From assembly GCA_037445735.1 (NCBI GenBank), contig JBBIJY010000009.1, positions 12,974 through 76,973 of the forward strand: DNA of 64,000 bases, in the 5' to 3' direction. Below the pieces are notes generated by a model. It had not been told where the DNA came from and did not search any database. It worked only from the letters and a program-made list of their open reading frames with translations. Positions 29,921 through 38,234 of this stretch are shown piece by piece; within the stretch, counting starts at the first letter, position 1, and every line of letters begins with the position of its first letter. A program made the position numbers and the translations under genes. Origin of the DNA: Armatimonadota bacterium (GTDB lineage: Bacteria; Armatimonadota; Fimbriimonadia; Fimbriimonadales; GBS-DC).

Positions 29921-31153
29921 ATGATGCGACTGATACAGAGCAGTCCGAACGAGCGAGTGCGGATGGCAATCATCGGCTGTGGCGGCATCGGACGCCACCA
30001 CTATCGCGTGTTCACCACACACGGCGGCACAATGTGCGAGTTCGTCGCGGTGGCAGACCCCCACCGCAAGCAGATCGCCGAGTTCCTGCAGATGGCGCAA
30101 CGCCCGCTGGACACCTACACCGACTATCGCCGCATTCTGGAGCGCAAGGATGTGGACGCAGTGGTTGTCGCCACGCCCGACCACTGGCACGCGCGCATCA
30201 CCATCGATGCGTGCGAAGCGGGCAAGCATGTCTATGTGGAGAAGCCCACCTCGCATAATGTGGTGGAGGGGCTGGCGATGGTGCATGCCGCCCGCGAACA
30301 CAAGCGCGTGGTGATGGTCGGCTTGCAACAGCGCAGCGGCGAGCATTTCAAGGAAGCGGTCGAAATTGTGCGGTCGGGCAAACTGGGCAAAATCACGATG
30401 GTGCATTGCTGGAACATGGACAACGAGTCGCCCGACGGCATCGGCAACCCGCCCGATGGCGACCCGCCGCCCGAACTGGACTGGGATATGTGGCTGGGTC
30501 CCGCGCCCAAACGACCCTACAATCCGAACCGATGCCTTTTTAATTTCCGCTGGTTCTGGGACTACGCTGGCGGCAAGGTGACGGACTGGGGCGTGCATCT
30601 GATCGATATCGCGGTGTGGGCGATGGGCGATCACAACCCCATCGAGGTGTCGGCGTCGGGCGGCAAGTTCGCCCTGCGCGACAATCGGGAGACGCCCGAC
30701 ACGGTGGAGTGCCTGTTCCGCTTCAAGGACTGGCTGCTGGTCTACTCTCATCGGGCGGCGAACGCTTTTCCTGCCAACGGGCGCGGCTACGGCACGATGT
30801 TCTTCGGCACGAACGGCAGCCTTTTTGTGGATCGGGGCGGGCTGCAGGTTCATCCCGAAGGGGAGCGCATCCCTGCCTATCAGCGGGGCGGCTCGCCGCA
30901 GAGCGAACCGCACGCGGTGAACTTCCTGCGGGCGATCCGCGAGGGCGTGCCGCTGGCGTGCGATATTCTCACTGGCGTGCGCTCCACCATCGTGCCGCTG
31001 CTGGGCAACATCGCCTACCGCACGGGACGCACCATTCGGTGGGACGCGCAACGGGCGCAAATTATCGGCGACAGGGAGGCGAACGCGCTCCTTGCGCGCA
31101 ACTGGCGGGCGCCGTGGGGCATCCCGAAACGCTATATCAAGCCCATCGGCTGA
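29921..31153 (+). CDS. Gfo/Idh/MocA family NAD(P)-dependent oxidoreductase
   Basis: Start at MMRLIQ, with AAGGAGGG 6 nt upstream; this is internal to track ORF 29588..31153. A Rossmann motif (RMAIIGCGGIGRHH) and EKP are present. Confidence 0.8.
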   Translation: MMRLIQSSPNERVRMAIIGCGGIGRHHYRVFTTHGGTMCEFVAVADPHRKQIAEFLQMAQRPLDTYTDYRRILERKDVDAVVVATPDHWHARITIDACEAGKHVYVEKPTSHNVVEGLAMVHAAREHKRVVMVGLQQRSGEHFKEAVEIVRSGKLGKITMVHCWNMDNESPDGIGNPPDGDPPPELDWDMWLGPAPKRPYNPNRCLFNFRWFWDYAGGKVTDWGVHLIDIAVWAMGDHNPIEVSASGGKFALRDNRETPDTVECLFRFKDWLLVYSHRAANAFPANGRGYGTMFFGTNGSLFVDRGGLQVHPEGERIPAYQRGGSPQSEPHAVNFLRAIREGVPLACDILTGVRSTIVPLLGNIAYRTGRTIRWDAQRAQIIGDREANALLARNWRAPWGIPKRYIKPIG

Positions 31154-31212
31154 GGCTCACACTGTCGCATGGGCATCCTGCCCATAGCAAGCCCCCGAAA
31201 ATCGGGCGAGGT

Positions 31213-32121
31213 TCACGCGCGCGGATGGGCGCGCTTGTAAACCTCCTTGAGGCGTTCAAGGTCGACCTGCGTATAGATTTGCGTGGTGGCGATGTCGCTG
31301 TGTCCGAGCAGCTCCTGCACGGTGCGCAAGTCGGCGCCGCCGCTGAGCAGATGTACGGCGAACGAGTGGCGCAGGGTGTGGGGCGAGATGTTTTTGGTGA
31401 TGCCCGCACTGGCAGCGTAGAGCTTGACCTTGTTCCAGAAGGCGATTCGGCTCAGTTTGCCACCGCGCTCGTTGAGGAACACGCAGTCGGTTCCGTGCGG
31501 GCGGCGGTCGGGTTTGAGCAGTTTGGGTCGCGCTTCGCTGAGGTAGCGCTGGAGCCAGCCGGTGGCGTTCTCGGTGAGGGGCACGAGCCGCTCGCGCGAC
31601 CGCTTGCCCTGCACGCGCAGCAGGCGGTCCGTTAGATTCAGATGCTCCATGCGCAGGTTCAGCAGTTCCGACACGCGCAGCCCTGTGGCGTACATCAGTT
31701 CCAGCATGGCGCGGTCGCGGATGCCGAGCGGGCTATCGAGCGGGGGCTGAAGCATCAGGCGGCGGATTTCGCCTGGCGTGAGCGTGCTGGGCAGGGCGCG
31801 ACGGGGCTTGACAGCGGTGAGCGCTTCGGGTGGCTCGTCGGTCAGCAGCCCGCGCCGATGGAGATAGCGCAGGAACGCGCGCGTCGCGCTCAGCTTGCGA
31901 GCAATGCTCGATTCGCTCATCGAACGGCGGCGCAGATAATAGAGGAAACCCTCCCAGAGGCTGGCGTCCCATTCGGCAGGCTCCAGCCGATCGGCGCGAA
32001 CGAGATAATCGACAAACTGCGCCAGATCGGTGGCGTAGGCGTTCAGGGTGTGCGGCGAGAGTTGCCGCTCCCGCCGCAGATAGTCCAGAAAGCTGTCGAC
32101 CCACTGCTCCCAGAGTGTCAT
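31213..32121 (-). CDS. xerD: Site-specific tyrosine recombinase XerD/XerC type
   Basis: Motifs ATGLRVSELLNL, HTLRHSFAVHLL and LLGHSDIATTQIYTQV match the R..HxxR..Y catalytic set. The N-terminal SAM-like domain starts at MTLWEQWVDSFLDYL. The alternative ATG at 32190 is less consistent with family N-termini. Confidence 0.85.
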   Translation of the reverse strand: MTLWEQWVDSFLDYLRRERQLSPHTLNAYATDLAQFVDYLVRADRLEPAEWDASLWEGFLYYLRRRSMSESSIARKLSATRAFLRYLHRRGLLTDEPPEALTAVKPRRALPSTLTPGEIRRLMLQPPLDSPLGIRDRAMLELMYATGLRVSELLNLRMEHLNLTDRLLRVQGKRSRERLVPLTENATGWLQRYLSEARPKLLKPDRRPHGTDCVFLNERGGKLSRIAFWNKVKLYAASAGITKNISPHTLRHSFAVHLLSGGADLRTVQELLGHSDIATTQIYTQVDLERLKEVYKRAHPRA

Positions 32122-32262
32122 CCCTCCCAGGTAGGCTACCAGCCAACCCCTGTAGCGGGCAGGCGTGAACACCCACCCACGCAGAGGCATCTCCCTGAAC
32201 CCCAGTCGAACCCCTCACCCGATTGCAGGGTTCACACGCTCCTTTGCCCCTTTGGCGTTTAT

Positions 32263-32292
32263 ACTATACTTCAGCGATGACGGTGAAGTCAA
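32263..32292 (-). promoter_or_regulatory. Candidate sigma-70 promoter for xerD
   Basis: On the minus strand the sequence reads TTGACT, an 18-nt spacer, then TATAGT. Confidence 0.35.
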
Positions 32293-32325
32293 GGGATGTC
32301 CAAAGATGTCCAGAGAGAAGGCAAA

Positions 32326-32585
32326 CCCCTCACCCCAGCCCTCTCCCCCGCTGGGGGAGAGGGAGCATCCGAACCCCTCTCCCCCGCCTGCGGAGAGGGA
32401 GCATCCGAACCCCTCTCCCCCGCGTGCGGGGGAGAGGGTACGGGTGAGGGGGCTATATCCTGCACGCCTGCAAGAAACCCCTCACCCCAGCCCTCTCCCC
32501 AGAGGGAAAGCTAACCCCTCACCCCTACCCTCTCCCCTGTGGGGAGAGGGAGAAATAACTCCCTCACCCCAGAGGGGAGAGGGAG
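32326..32585. repeat. Array of six or more nested-palindromic repeat units between the mfd stop and xerD
   Basis: Successive CCCCTCACCCC..CCCTCTCCCC-loop-GGGGAGAGGG(..GGGTGAGGGG) units include a tandem duplication (GGAGAGGGAGCATCCGAACCCCTCTCCCCCGC x2). The array abuts the mfd stop codon at 32586. Confidence 0.9.
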
Positions 32586-35500
32586 TTATTCGCCTTTTTC
32601 CCCCGCCTGGAGCGATTGGAGCGCTGTCAGCACGGTCAGGAGCGTCTCCAGCGGCTGGGCGGTGAGAGGCAGGCTCATCTTTTCGGGGCGCGTGCGGATA
32701 AAGGCAAACTGCCGCTGCAACGCCGTCTGCCAGCGCGCTTTCAGCCGCCGTTCAGGCTTGAAATCAACTATCAGCCGATTGCCCTCTGCCTGCAGGCTGG
32801 CGGCGCCCACCGCATGCGCCAGAATGCGCACCTCCATTATGCGCAACAGGTTGCGCACGGTCGGCGGCAACTGCCCGTAGCGGTCGCGCAGCTCGCGCAC
32901 GAGGTCTTTCAGCTCCTCGCGTGTGCGGCTGCCCGCGATGCGCTTGTAGTAGCCCAGCCGTTGCGCCACATCGGGGATGTAGTCGGCGGGGATGTAGGCG
33001 TCCACTGGCAGCTGGGCAGGCGGCAGCTCCTCCTGCAGGGGCGTATCCAGCGACCAGTGCGTCTCCCCGTTGCGCAGGTGGCGGATGGCGTCGCGCAACA
33101 TTGCCTGATAGAGTTCGAAGCCGACCATACGCATCGCGCCATGCTGTTCCTCACCCAGCAGGTTGCCCGCGCCGCGGATTTCGAGATCGCGCATCGCCAG
33201 CGCGAAGCCCGAACCCAGGTGGGAGAACTCCCTGAGCGCCTGCAGACGCTCCTCTGCCTTCTCGCTGAGCTTGCCCGCTTTGAACAGGAAATAGGCGTAC
33301 GCCTGGCGGTCGCTGCGCCCGACGCGCCCGCGCAACTGATAGAGCTGCGCCAGCCCGAACCGCTCCGCGCCCTCCACAATCAGCGTGTTCACATTCGGCA
33401 TATCCAGCCCGTTCTCGATAATCGTCGTGCTGACCAGCACATCGTAGCGGTGCTGATAGAAGTCCAGCACCGTCGCCTCCATTCGGGCGGCAGGCATCTG
33501 CCCGTGCGCGACCGCGATTCGGGCGCCGGGCACCAGTCGCTGGAGCCGCTCCGCCACATGCTGGATGCCCTGCACGCGCGGCACCACATAGAACACCTGC
33601 CCGTCGCGCTGGAGTTCACGCAGAATCGCCTCGCGCACTGTCCACTCCGTGTAGGGCAGAACATAGGTGCGGATAGGGAGCCGCCCCGGCGGCGGGTCGG
33701 TGATGAGGCTCATATCGCGGATCTCGGTGAGCGCCATATAGAGCGTGCGCGGGATGGGCGTCGCGCTCATCGTCAGCACATCGACCGCGCCACGCAACTG
33801 CTTGAACCGCTCCTTCTGCATCACGCCGAACCGCTGCTCCTCATCGATAATCACCAGCCCCAGATTGTGAAACTGCACATCTTTAGAGAGCAGGCGGTGC
33901 GTGCCGATGACCATATCGACGGCGCCCGTCTTCAGCCCGTGCAGGATGCGCCGCTGCTCGGCAGGCGTGATGAGCCGGCTCAACAGCGCAACCTGGATGC
34001 CGAACGGTTCGAACCGCTCGGTGAAGGTCTGCCAGTGTTGATACGCCAGCACGGTGGTGGGGCACAGCAGGGCGACCTGCCGACCCGACATGATGGCTTT
34101 GAAGGCGGCTCGCAGGGCGACCTCCGTTTTGCCGAAGCCCACATCGCCCACCAGCAGCCGATCCATAGGATGGGACGATTCCAGATCGCGCTTAACCTCC
34201 TGAATCGCCTGCAGCTGGCTGGGCGTTTCGAGGTATGGGAAGCCCGCCTCCATCTCCTGCTGCCAGGGTGTGTCGGGGTCGCAGGGCGGGCGGGTCGCCT
34301 TCTCGCGCAGGGCATAGAGGCGCACCAGCTCCTGCGCCACCTCCTTCGCCCTGCGGCGTGCCTGCGCCACGCGGCGCGTCCACAGCGCACTGTTGAGCCG
34401 ATGGATTTCGGGCGGCTTCTCATCGGGCGCAATATATTTCTGGATGCGGTCTAACTGGTCTGTCGGCACATAGATGCGGTCGGGGTGCGCGTATTCAATC
34501 AGCAGGTAATCGCGCCTGACCCCATCGCGCTCCAGCGTGGTCAGTCCGCGAAAGATGCCGATGCCGTGATAGAGATGTACCACATAGTCGCCGGGCTGGA
34601 GGTCCATAATGGAGGTGATGGGCACGCCCTCGTTGAATCGGCGGGGGGGCAGGCGCAGGCGATTGCGCTCGAACAGCTCCGCGTCGGTGATGAGCGCGAA
34701 CCGCTGGCTGTCCCACACGAAGCCGCCGCCCAGATTGCCCCGCCAGAGCAGCAGCGGGCGCGACGCCGCATCGGTTTGGACTGCGGAAGCAGGGCTTCCG
34801 CACTCCATATCGGCGTCCGCGAAGGGTAGCTCCGCCTGGCGCAGGGCATGCTTCACCTGATTGGGGCGGTCGGTCGCGATAACAATCTGGTAGCCTGCTT
34901 CGTGCCAGCGGCGCAGGCAGTTCCAGAGGTCAGGCAGCCGCCCGCGTGTCGTCTCCAGCGAGCGTGTGCCAATCGGAACACCCCCCTCACCACTTAGCAC
35001 CAGCGTGCGCGCATGCGAATCGAGCTTCTGAATCGGCTCCAGATAGGCGTCCGCCTGGAGCGGGATAATATCGCCGCGCGATGCACGCGATTCCAGCGCC
35101 TGCTGGAGGTCGTCCATCAGCCGCTCGTATGCCATCTGCAGGCGGAGCGGCTCCTCCAGAATCAGCACTGCATCGGCGGGCAGGTAGTCCAGCAGGCAGG
35201 CGCGTTCCGCCACCAGCCACGGCAGATAGAGTTCCAGTCGGTCAAACGGCGCGCCCTGCGACAGGGGATGCAGGTCCGCCTCCAGATTTTCGCGCAGAAC
35301 GGCTTGCAGCGCCTTCGGCTGGAGCGCGATCCGGGTTTCCCATTCGGCGCGGATGCGTTCGGCAAGCTCCGGATTGCCCATCGGCACCTCGCGGGCGGGC
35401 GGGATGCGCACCACGCGCAGGCTGGCGACCGAGCGCTGCGTGGCGGGGTCAAAACGGCGGAGGCTGACAATCTCGTCGCCGAAGAACTCGATGCGCACAG

Positions 35501-36254
35501 GCGCGTTCGCACCCATCGGGAACACATCCACAATTCCGCCCCGCCGCGCGAACTGACCTGGCAACCGCACTGGTTCCTGATGCTCATAACCGCTCACCAT
35601 CAGCTGCTGGATGAGCGCGTCAGGGGAAATGAATGGCTGGGGCGTCCCGCCCCGCAATGCCCCCTCACCCGTACCCTCTCCCCCGCTGGGGGAGAGGGGT
35701 TCAGTTGCTCCCTCTCCCCTCTGGGGAGAGGGCTGGGGTGAGGGGTTTCCTGCAAGCCTGCGCCCCACAGCCCCCTCACCCGTACCCTCTCCCCCGCTGG
35801 GGGAGAGGGGTTCGGACGCTTCCTCGCCATCCTCAACGGTGGCGAGGGCTAACAGCAATTGTTCAAACATCGCGGGGGGCATCGTGCGTTGCAGGGCGGC
35901 GGCAAGCGGAGCAATCACGATGACCGATTCGCCCCGATAGAGCGCCCGCAGCGCGCGCACCCGCTCATGCAGAACCTCCAGCTCCACTCCCGTCGGCTCC
36001 ATCACGGGCGTCAACCCTGCTGGCACACGCACCAGCCGCGATTCAGGGACGCCGAGCCGCAGCAGGATCGCCAGCCACTGCTCGGCGCGCTCCAGCGAAG
36101 GGGTCAGAATCAGCGCAGGGGCTTGCTGGTCAGCCATCAGCGCTGCTGTCAGCACAGGCGCCGACTCCGAACACACCTCGCGCCACACCAGCGGACGTCC
36201 CCCATCCCAGTCAGGCAATCCACCCCGCAACGCCTGTAGCCAGACGGGCAACAT
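32586..36254 (-). CDS. mfd: Transcription-repair coupling factor
   Basis: 1222 aa. It has an RNAP-interaction/CarD-like domain ([21 protein letters not shown]) and SF2 translocase motifs ([39 protein letters not shown]). Two repeat-derived insertions are carried in frame. Confidence 0.95.
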   Translation of the reverse strand: MLPVWLQALRGGLPDWDGGRPLVWREVCSESAPVLTAALMADQQAPALILTPSLERAEQWLAILLRLGVPESRLVRVPAGLTPVMEPTGVELEVLHERVRALRALYRGESVIVIAPLAAALQRTMPPAMFEQLLLALATVEDGEEASEPLSPSGGEGTGEGAVGRRLAGNPSPQPSPQRGEGATEPLSPSGGEGTGEGALRGGTPQPFISPDALIQQLMVSGYEHQEPVRLPGQFARRGGIVDVFPMGANAPVRIEFFGDEIVSLRRFDPATQRSVASLRVVRIPPAREVPMGNPELAERIRAEWETRIALQPKALQAVLRENLEADLHPLSQGAPFDRLELYLPWLVAERACLLDYLPADAVLILEEPLRLQMAYERLMDDLQQALESRASRGDIIPLQADAYLEPIQKLDSHARTLVLSGEGGVPIGTRSLETTRGRLPDLWNCLRRWHEAGYQIVIATDRPNQVKHALRQAELPFADADMECGSPASAVQTDAASRPLLLWRGNLGGGFVWDSQRFALITDAELFERNRLRLPPRRFNEGVPITSIMDLQPGDYVVHLYHGIGIFRGLTTLERDGVRRDYLLIEYAHPDRIYVPTDQLDRIQKYIAPDEKPPEIHRLNSALWTRRVAQARRRAKEVAQELVRLYALREKATRPPCDPDTPWQQEMEAGFPYLETPSQLQAIQEVKRDLESSHPMDRLLVGDVGFGKTEVALRAAFKAIMSGRQVALLCPTTVLAYQHWQTFTERFEPFGIQVALLSRLITPAEQRRILHGLKTGAVDMVIGTHRLLSKDVQFHNLGLVIIDEEQRFGVMQKERFKQLRGAVDVLTMSATPIPRTLYMALTEIRDMSLITDPPPGRLPIRTYVLPYTEWTVREAILRELQRDGQVFYVVPRVQGIQHVAERLQRLVPGARIAVAHGQMPAARMEATVLDFYQHRYDVLVSTTIIENGLDMPNVNTLIVEGAERFGLAQLYQLRGRVGRSDRQAYAYFLFKAGKLSEKAEERLQALREFSHLGSGFALAMRDLEIRGAGNLLGEEQHGAMRMVGFELYQAMLRDAIRHLRNGETHWSLDTPLQEELPPAQLPVDAYIPADYIPDVAQRLGYYKRIAGSRTREELKDLVRELRDRYGQLPPTVRNLLRIMEVRILAHAVGAASLQAEGNRLIVDFKPERRLKARWQTALQRQFAFIRTRPEKMSLPLTAQPLETLLTVLTALQSLQAGEKGE
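34777..34805. repeat. 29-nt palindrome, copy 2 (inside mfd CDS)
   Basis: GGACTGCGGAAGCagGGCTTCCGCACTCC has one mismatch relative to 5157..5185. The shared flanks (T upstream, A.ATC downstream) extend the match to about 36 nt. Confidence 0.8.
35660..35810. repeat. Nested-palindromic repeat cluster (3 units) inside the mfd CDS
   Basis: Two copies of CCCCCTCACCCGTACCCTCTCCCCCgctGGGGGAGAGGG flank CCCTCTCCCCtctGGGGAGAGGGCTGGGGTGAGGGG. On the minus strand this translates as ...[15 protein letters not shown]...[14 protein letters not shown]...[15 protein letters not shown].... Confidence 0.9.
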
Positions 36255-36436
36255 GCAACTTTAGAGTGTACCTCAGAAACTGTCCAGTAGTTCGCCCACC
36301 GAGCGAGGCGACGGGATTTTCAAACACCCTCGCCTCCCGGTGAGCAGGAGAGCGATTGTTCAACTGACCTTTCAGTCGATTCCGGGCAGGAGAAGAGAGC
36401 GGAGGAGCGAATCATGAGCGACGGAGGTGAGCAACG

Positions 36437-36841
36437 ATGGGATTTCCATACAAGGACACGGAGCAGGCGAAGGCGTTCGTGCTGGGATTCATTGAGCGAC
36501 TGCGCGAGGTGGATGTGATCCGGGAGGGCTGGCAAAAGCTCGATATGCTGATCGCGATTCACATCCGCCAGCCCGATATCGACTTCTGGATCGACACGCG
36601 CGGGGGCAAGCTCGAACTCTGCACCGAAAAGCCTGAAGGCGAAGAGGAAGCCGCGTTGACCCTGACCGCCGACCTGTTCCACAAACTCTACACGGGTCAG
36701 GAGAACGCGATGATGGCGTTCACACAGCGCAAGATTCAGCCCAGAGGGCGCGTGAGCGGCATCATGCAGCTGACCAGCACCATGCCGCAGGCGGTGGCGG
36801 TCTATCGGGAGTACCTCAAGGAGCGCGGGCTGGAACCCTAA
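36437..36841 (+). CDS. SCP2 (sterol-carrier-protein-2)-like domain protein
   Basis: 134 aa. The pattern ...LTLTADLFHKLYTGQENAMMAFTQRKIQPRG..... is typical of the SCP2 C-terminal helix/loop (xxxAxxxGKLKxxG-like). Confidence 0.55.
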   Translation: MGFPYKDTEQAKAFVLGFIERLREVDVIREGWQKLDMLIAIHIRQPDIDFWIDTRGGKLELCTEKPEGEEEAALTLTADLFHKLYTGQENAMMAFTQRKIQPRGRVSGIMQLTSTMPQAVAVYREYLKERGLEP

Positions 36842-36848
36842 AAAAAGA

Positions 36849-36925
36849 TGGTAGCCCCAGGGGGATTCGAACCCCCGTCCTCCTGGCTGAGAACCAGGCG
36901 TCCTAGACCGCTAGACCATGGGGCC
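36849..36925 (-). tRNA. tRNA-Glu (anticodon CUC), 77 nt with encoded CCA
   Basis: The reverse complement is GGCCCCA-TG-GTCT-AGCGGTCTA-GGAC-G-CCTGG-TTCTCAG-CCAGG-AGGAC-GGGGG-TTCGAAT-CCCCC-TGGGGCT-A-CCA. The cloverleaf was folded by hand, with a G1-U72 wobble, U8 and a T-loop TTCGAAT. Confidence 0.9.
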
Positions 36926-36981
36926 ACCCGCCGTTCTGCATGATACCCACTTGATGACGGGAAAGTCAAGAGGAGAGGATG

Positions 36982-37110
36982 CCCCTCACCCGTACCCTCG
37001 CCCCCGCTGGGGGAGAGAGAGAGTTATTAGCCCCTCTCCCCCGCCTGCGGGGGAGAGGGTATGGGTGAGGGGGCTTCACACAGACGGATATGATGCCAGC
37101 GATTTTTCGG
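36982..37110. repeat. Nested-palindromic repeat element next to tRNA-Glu, sharing an extended right flank with the element at 49997..50168
   Basis: The core is CCCCTCACCCGTACCCTCGCCCCCgctGGGGGAGAG...CCCCTCTCCCCCgcctgcGGGGGAGAGGGTATGGGTGAGGGGG. It is followed by CTTCACACAGACGGATATGATGCCAGCGATTTTTCGG; compare 50124-50160. Confidence 0.85.
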
Positions 37111-37247
37111 ATGGAGCGGAGCCATTGCAAAAAGATGGGTGTTCCACACTCACGCGCTTAAAGGCTCCTCCGGCAAGCACCGGGCGCAGGTAAAGGGTAC
37201 CGCGCCCCACCGCTACCCCGTAAAAATACGGGTTTTTTGTGTTTCCC

Positions 37248-37277
37248 TTGACAGAACCGCGCATGTTGGGCTATAAT
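37248..37277 (+). promoter_or_regulatory. Consensus sigma-70 promoter upstream of the PEP-CTERM gene
   Basis: TTGACA (37248-37253), an 18-nt spacer, then TATAAT (37272-37277). Confidence 0.6.
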
Positions 37278-37408
37278 AGCGGTACAGGTACGCGCCCTGT
37301 TCTGATTCGGGCGGCTCCGAGGCACTGATTACATCCTAGCTCCAGACAAAATCCTTCAGCCCGAAGCCGAGAGAAGGGTGTCGTCCTGAAAAAAACCATC
37401 GAAAGGAG

Positions 37409-38158
37409 GTGTTTGTTGTGAGCCTGAAAGGTATCGCAGCAGTGCTTGTGGTAGTGTGTGCTGGCACGCTGGCACATGCCCAGACTGTTCTGTGGGACAC
37501 CGGGGCGCCACACCAGGTGGTCTTTAATAACAATCCCACCTATCTGGGCTATGTGTCAGGGAATGCAGGCGCCGGGCTGGAACAGCGCTGGGCGGCTATC
37601 CCCTTCCGTCTGCCCGGACCCATCTCCGTGATCACCCAGATTGATGTGGACTGGTTCATCGTCGCCGGTCAGGAGGCGGAAACCGTTAACTACATTATCT
37701 GGCGTCGGAACGGTTTGAATCGCCCCGTGGATGGTGACCAGGTAGCATCAGGGGTGCTTGGTGCCTTTGGCCCGGGCATCGATGATCCGCGTGTACCTGG
37801 CACCGAGGATTGGCTCCATCAGTACACGGGTTTGAATATCTCTCTGCCCGGGGGCGACTATTACCTCACCGTTTACGGGGATGGCGGGACGGCTCCCAAT
37901 GTTATTGCCTGGCTCACTGGAGGCGACCTGCAAGCCGAAGACCTGGAGCAGGGGTTTATGTGGCGCTCGGCGACCTTCCCCAATCCCGGATTCCAGCAAT
38001 ATGCTCCAAGCACCATTCAGCCTGCGCCGGGTCAGGACCCCGACGATCGCTGGAACCCATCCTTCACCATCTATGGGTATATCGTGCCTGAGCCAGCAAC
38101 TCTACTGGCACTGAGCGCGGGGCTGGCAGGAGTTGCACTCCGTCGACGGAAGCGATAG
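37409..38158 (+). CDS. PEP-CTERM sorting-domain secreted protein
   Basis: The signal peptide (...VCAGTLAHA|Q) and C-terminal VPEPATLLALSAGLAGVALRRRKR give the PEP motif, a TM helix and a basic tail. The GTG at 37418 has better spacing to AAAGGAGG than the 37409 start. Confidence 0.8.
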   Translation: MFVVSLKGIAAVLVVVCAGTLAHAQTVLWDTGAPHQVVFNNNPTYLGYVSGNAGAGLEQRWAAIPFRLPGPISVITQIDVDWFIVAGQEAETVNYIIWRRNGLNRPVDGDQVASGVLGAFGPGIDDPRVPGTEDWLHQYTGLNISLPGGDYYLTVYGDGGTAPNVIAWLTGGDLQAEDLEQGFMWRSATFPNPGFQQYAPSTIQPAPGQDPDDRWNPSFTIYGYIVPEPATLLALSAGLAGVALRRRKR

Positions 38159-38178
38159 CAGCCTGCCTTCGGTCCGAC

Positions 38179-38215
38179 TCATCCCACCCCCTCTGCATGA
38201 GGGGGTGGGATGTTT
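38179..38215 (+). terminator. Rho-independent terminator after the PEP-CTERM gene
   Basis: CATCCCACCCCCTC-tgcat-GAGGGGGTGGGATG is a 14-bp perfect stem followed by TTTT. Confidence 0.7.
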
Positions 38216-38234
38216 TATGGGGATGCGGCGCTTC

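Noticed and set aside
29903-31060. 385-aa minus-strand ORF
   Set aside because: It is antisense to the Gfo/Idh/MocA oxidoreductase, which has a clear Rossmann motif and RBS.
31213-32121. Tyrosine recombinase as the integrase of the low-G+C island
   Set aside because: The sequence is a typical housekeeping XerD/XerC. It has host-like G+C and is separated from the island by a host-composition oxidoreductase gene. No att-like direct repeats were seen at the island edges.
32326-32585. Interpretation of the repeat arrays as a CRISPR locus
   Set aside because: The units are themselves palindromic and of several half-types. The spacing is irregular (4-25 nt), so no unique spacers of uniform length exist. 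No cas genes are present, and the same units are scattered singly across the window.
32165-32665. Small ORFs encoding PSPQRGEG / [17 protein letters not shown] peptides. Examples are 32165..32665, 32296..32514, 35600..35836, 36918..37193 and 55022..55327.
   Set aside because: These are translations of intergenic repeat elements in arbitrary frames. They lack RBSs and overlap each other on both strands.
32616-34454. 612-aa plus-strand ORF
   Set aside because: It is antisense to mfd, whose helicase motifs are unambiguous. The product is Arg/Ala/Gln/His-rich and low in complexity, as expected for spurious open frames in high-G+C DNA.
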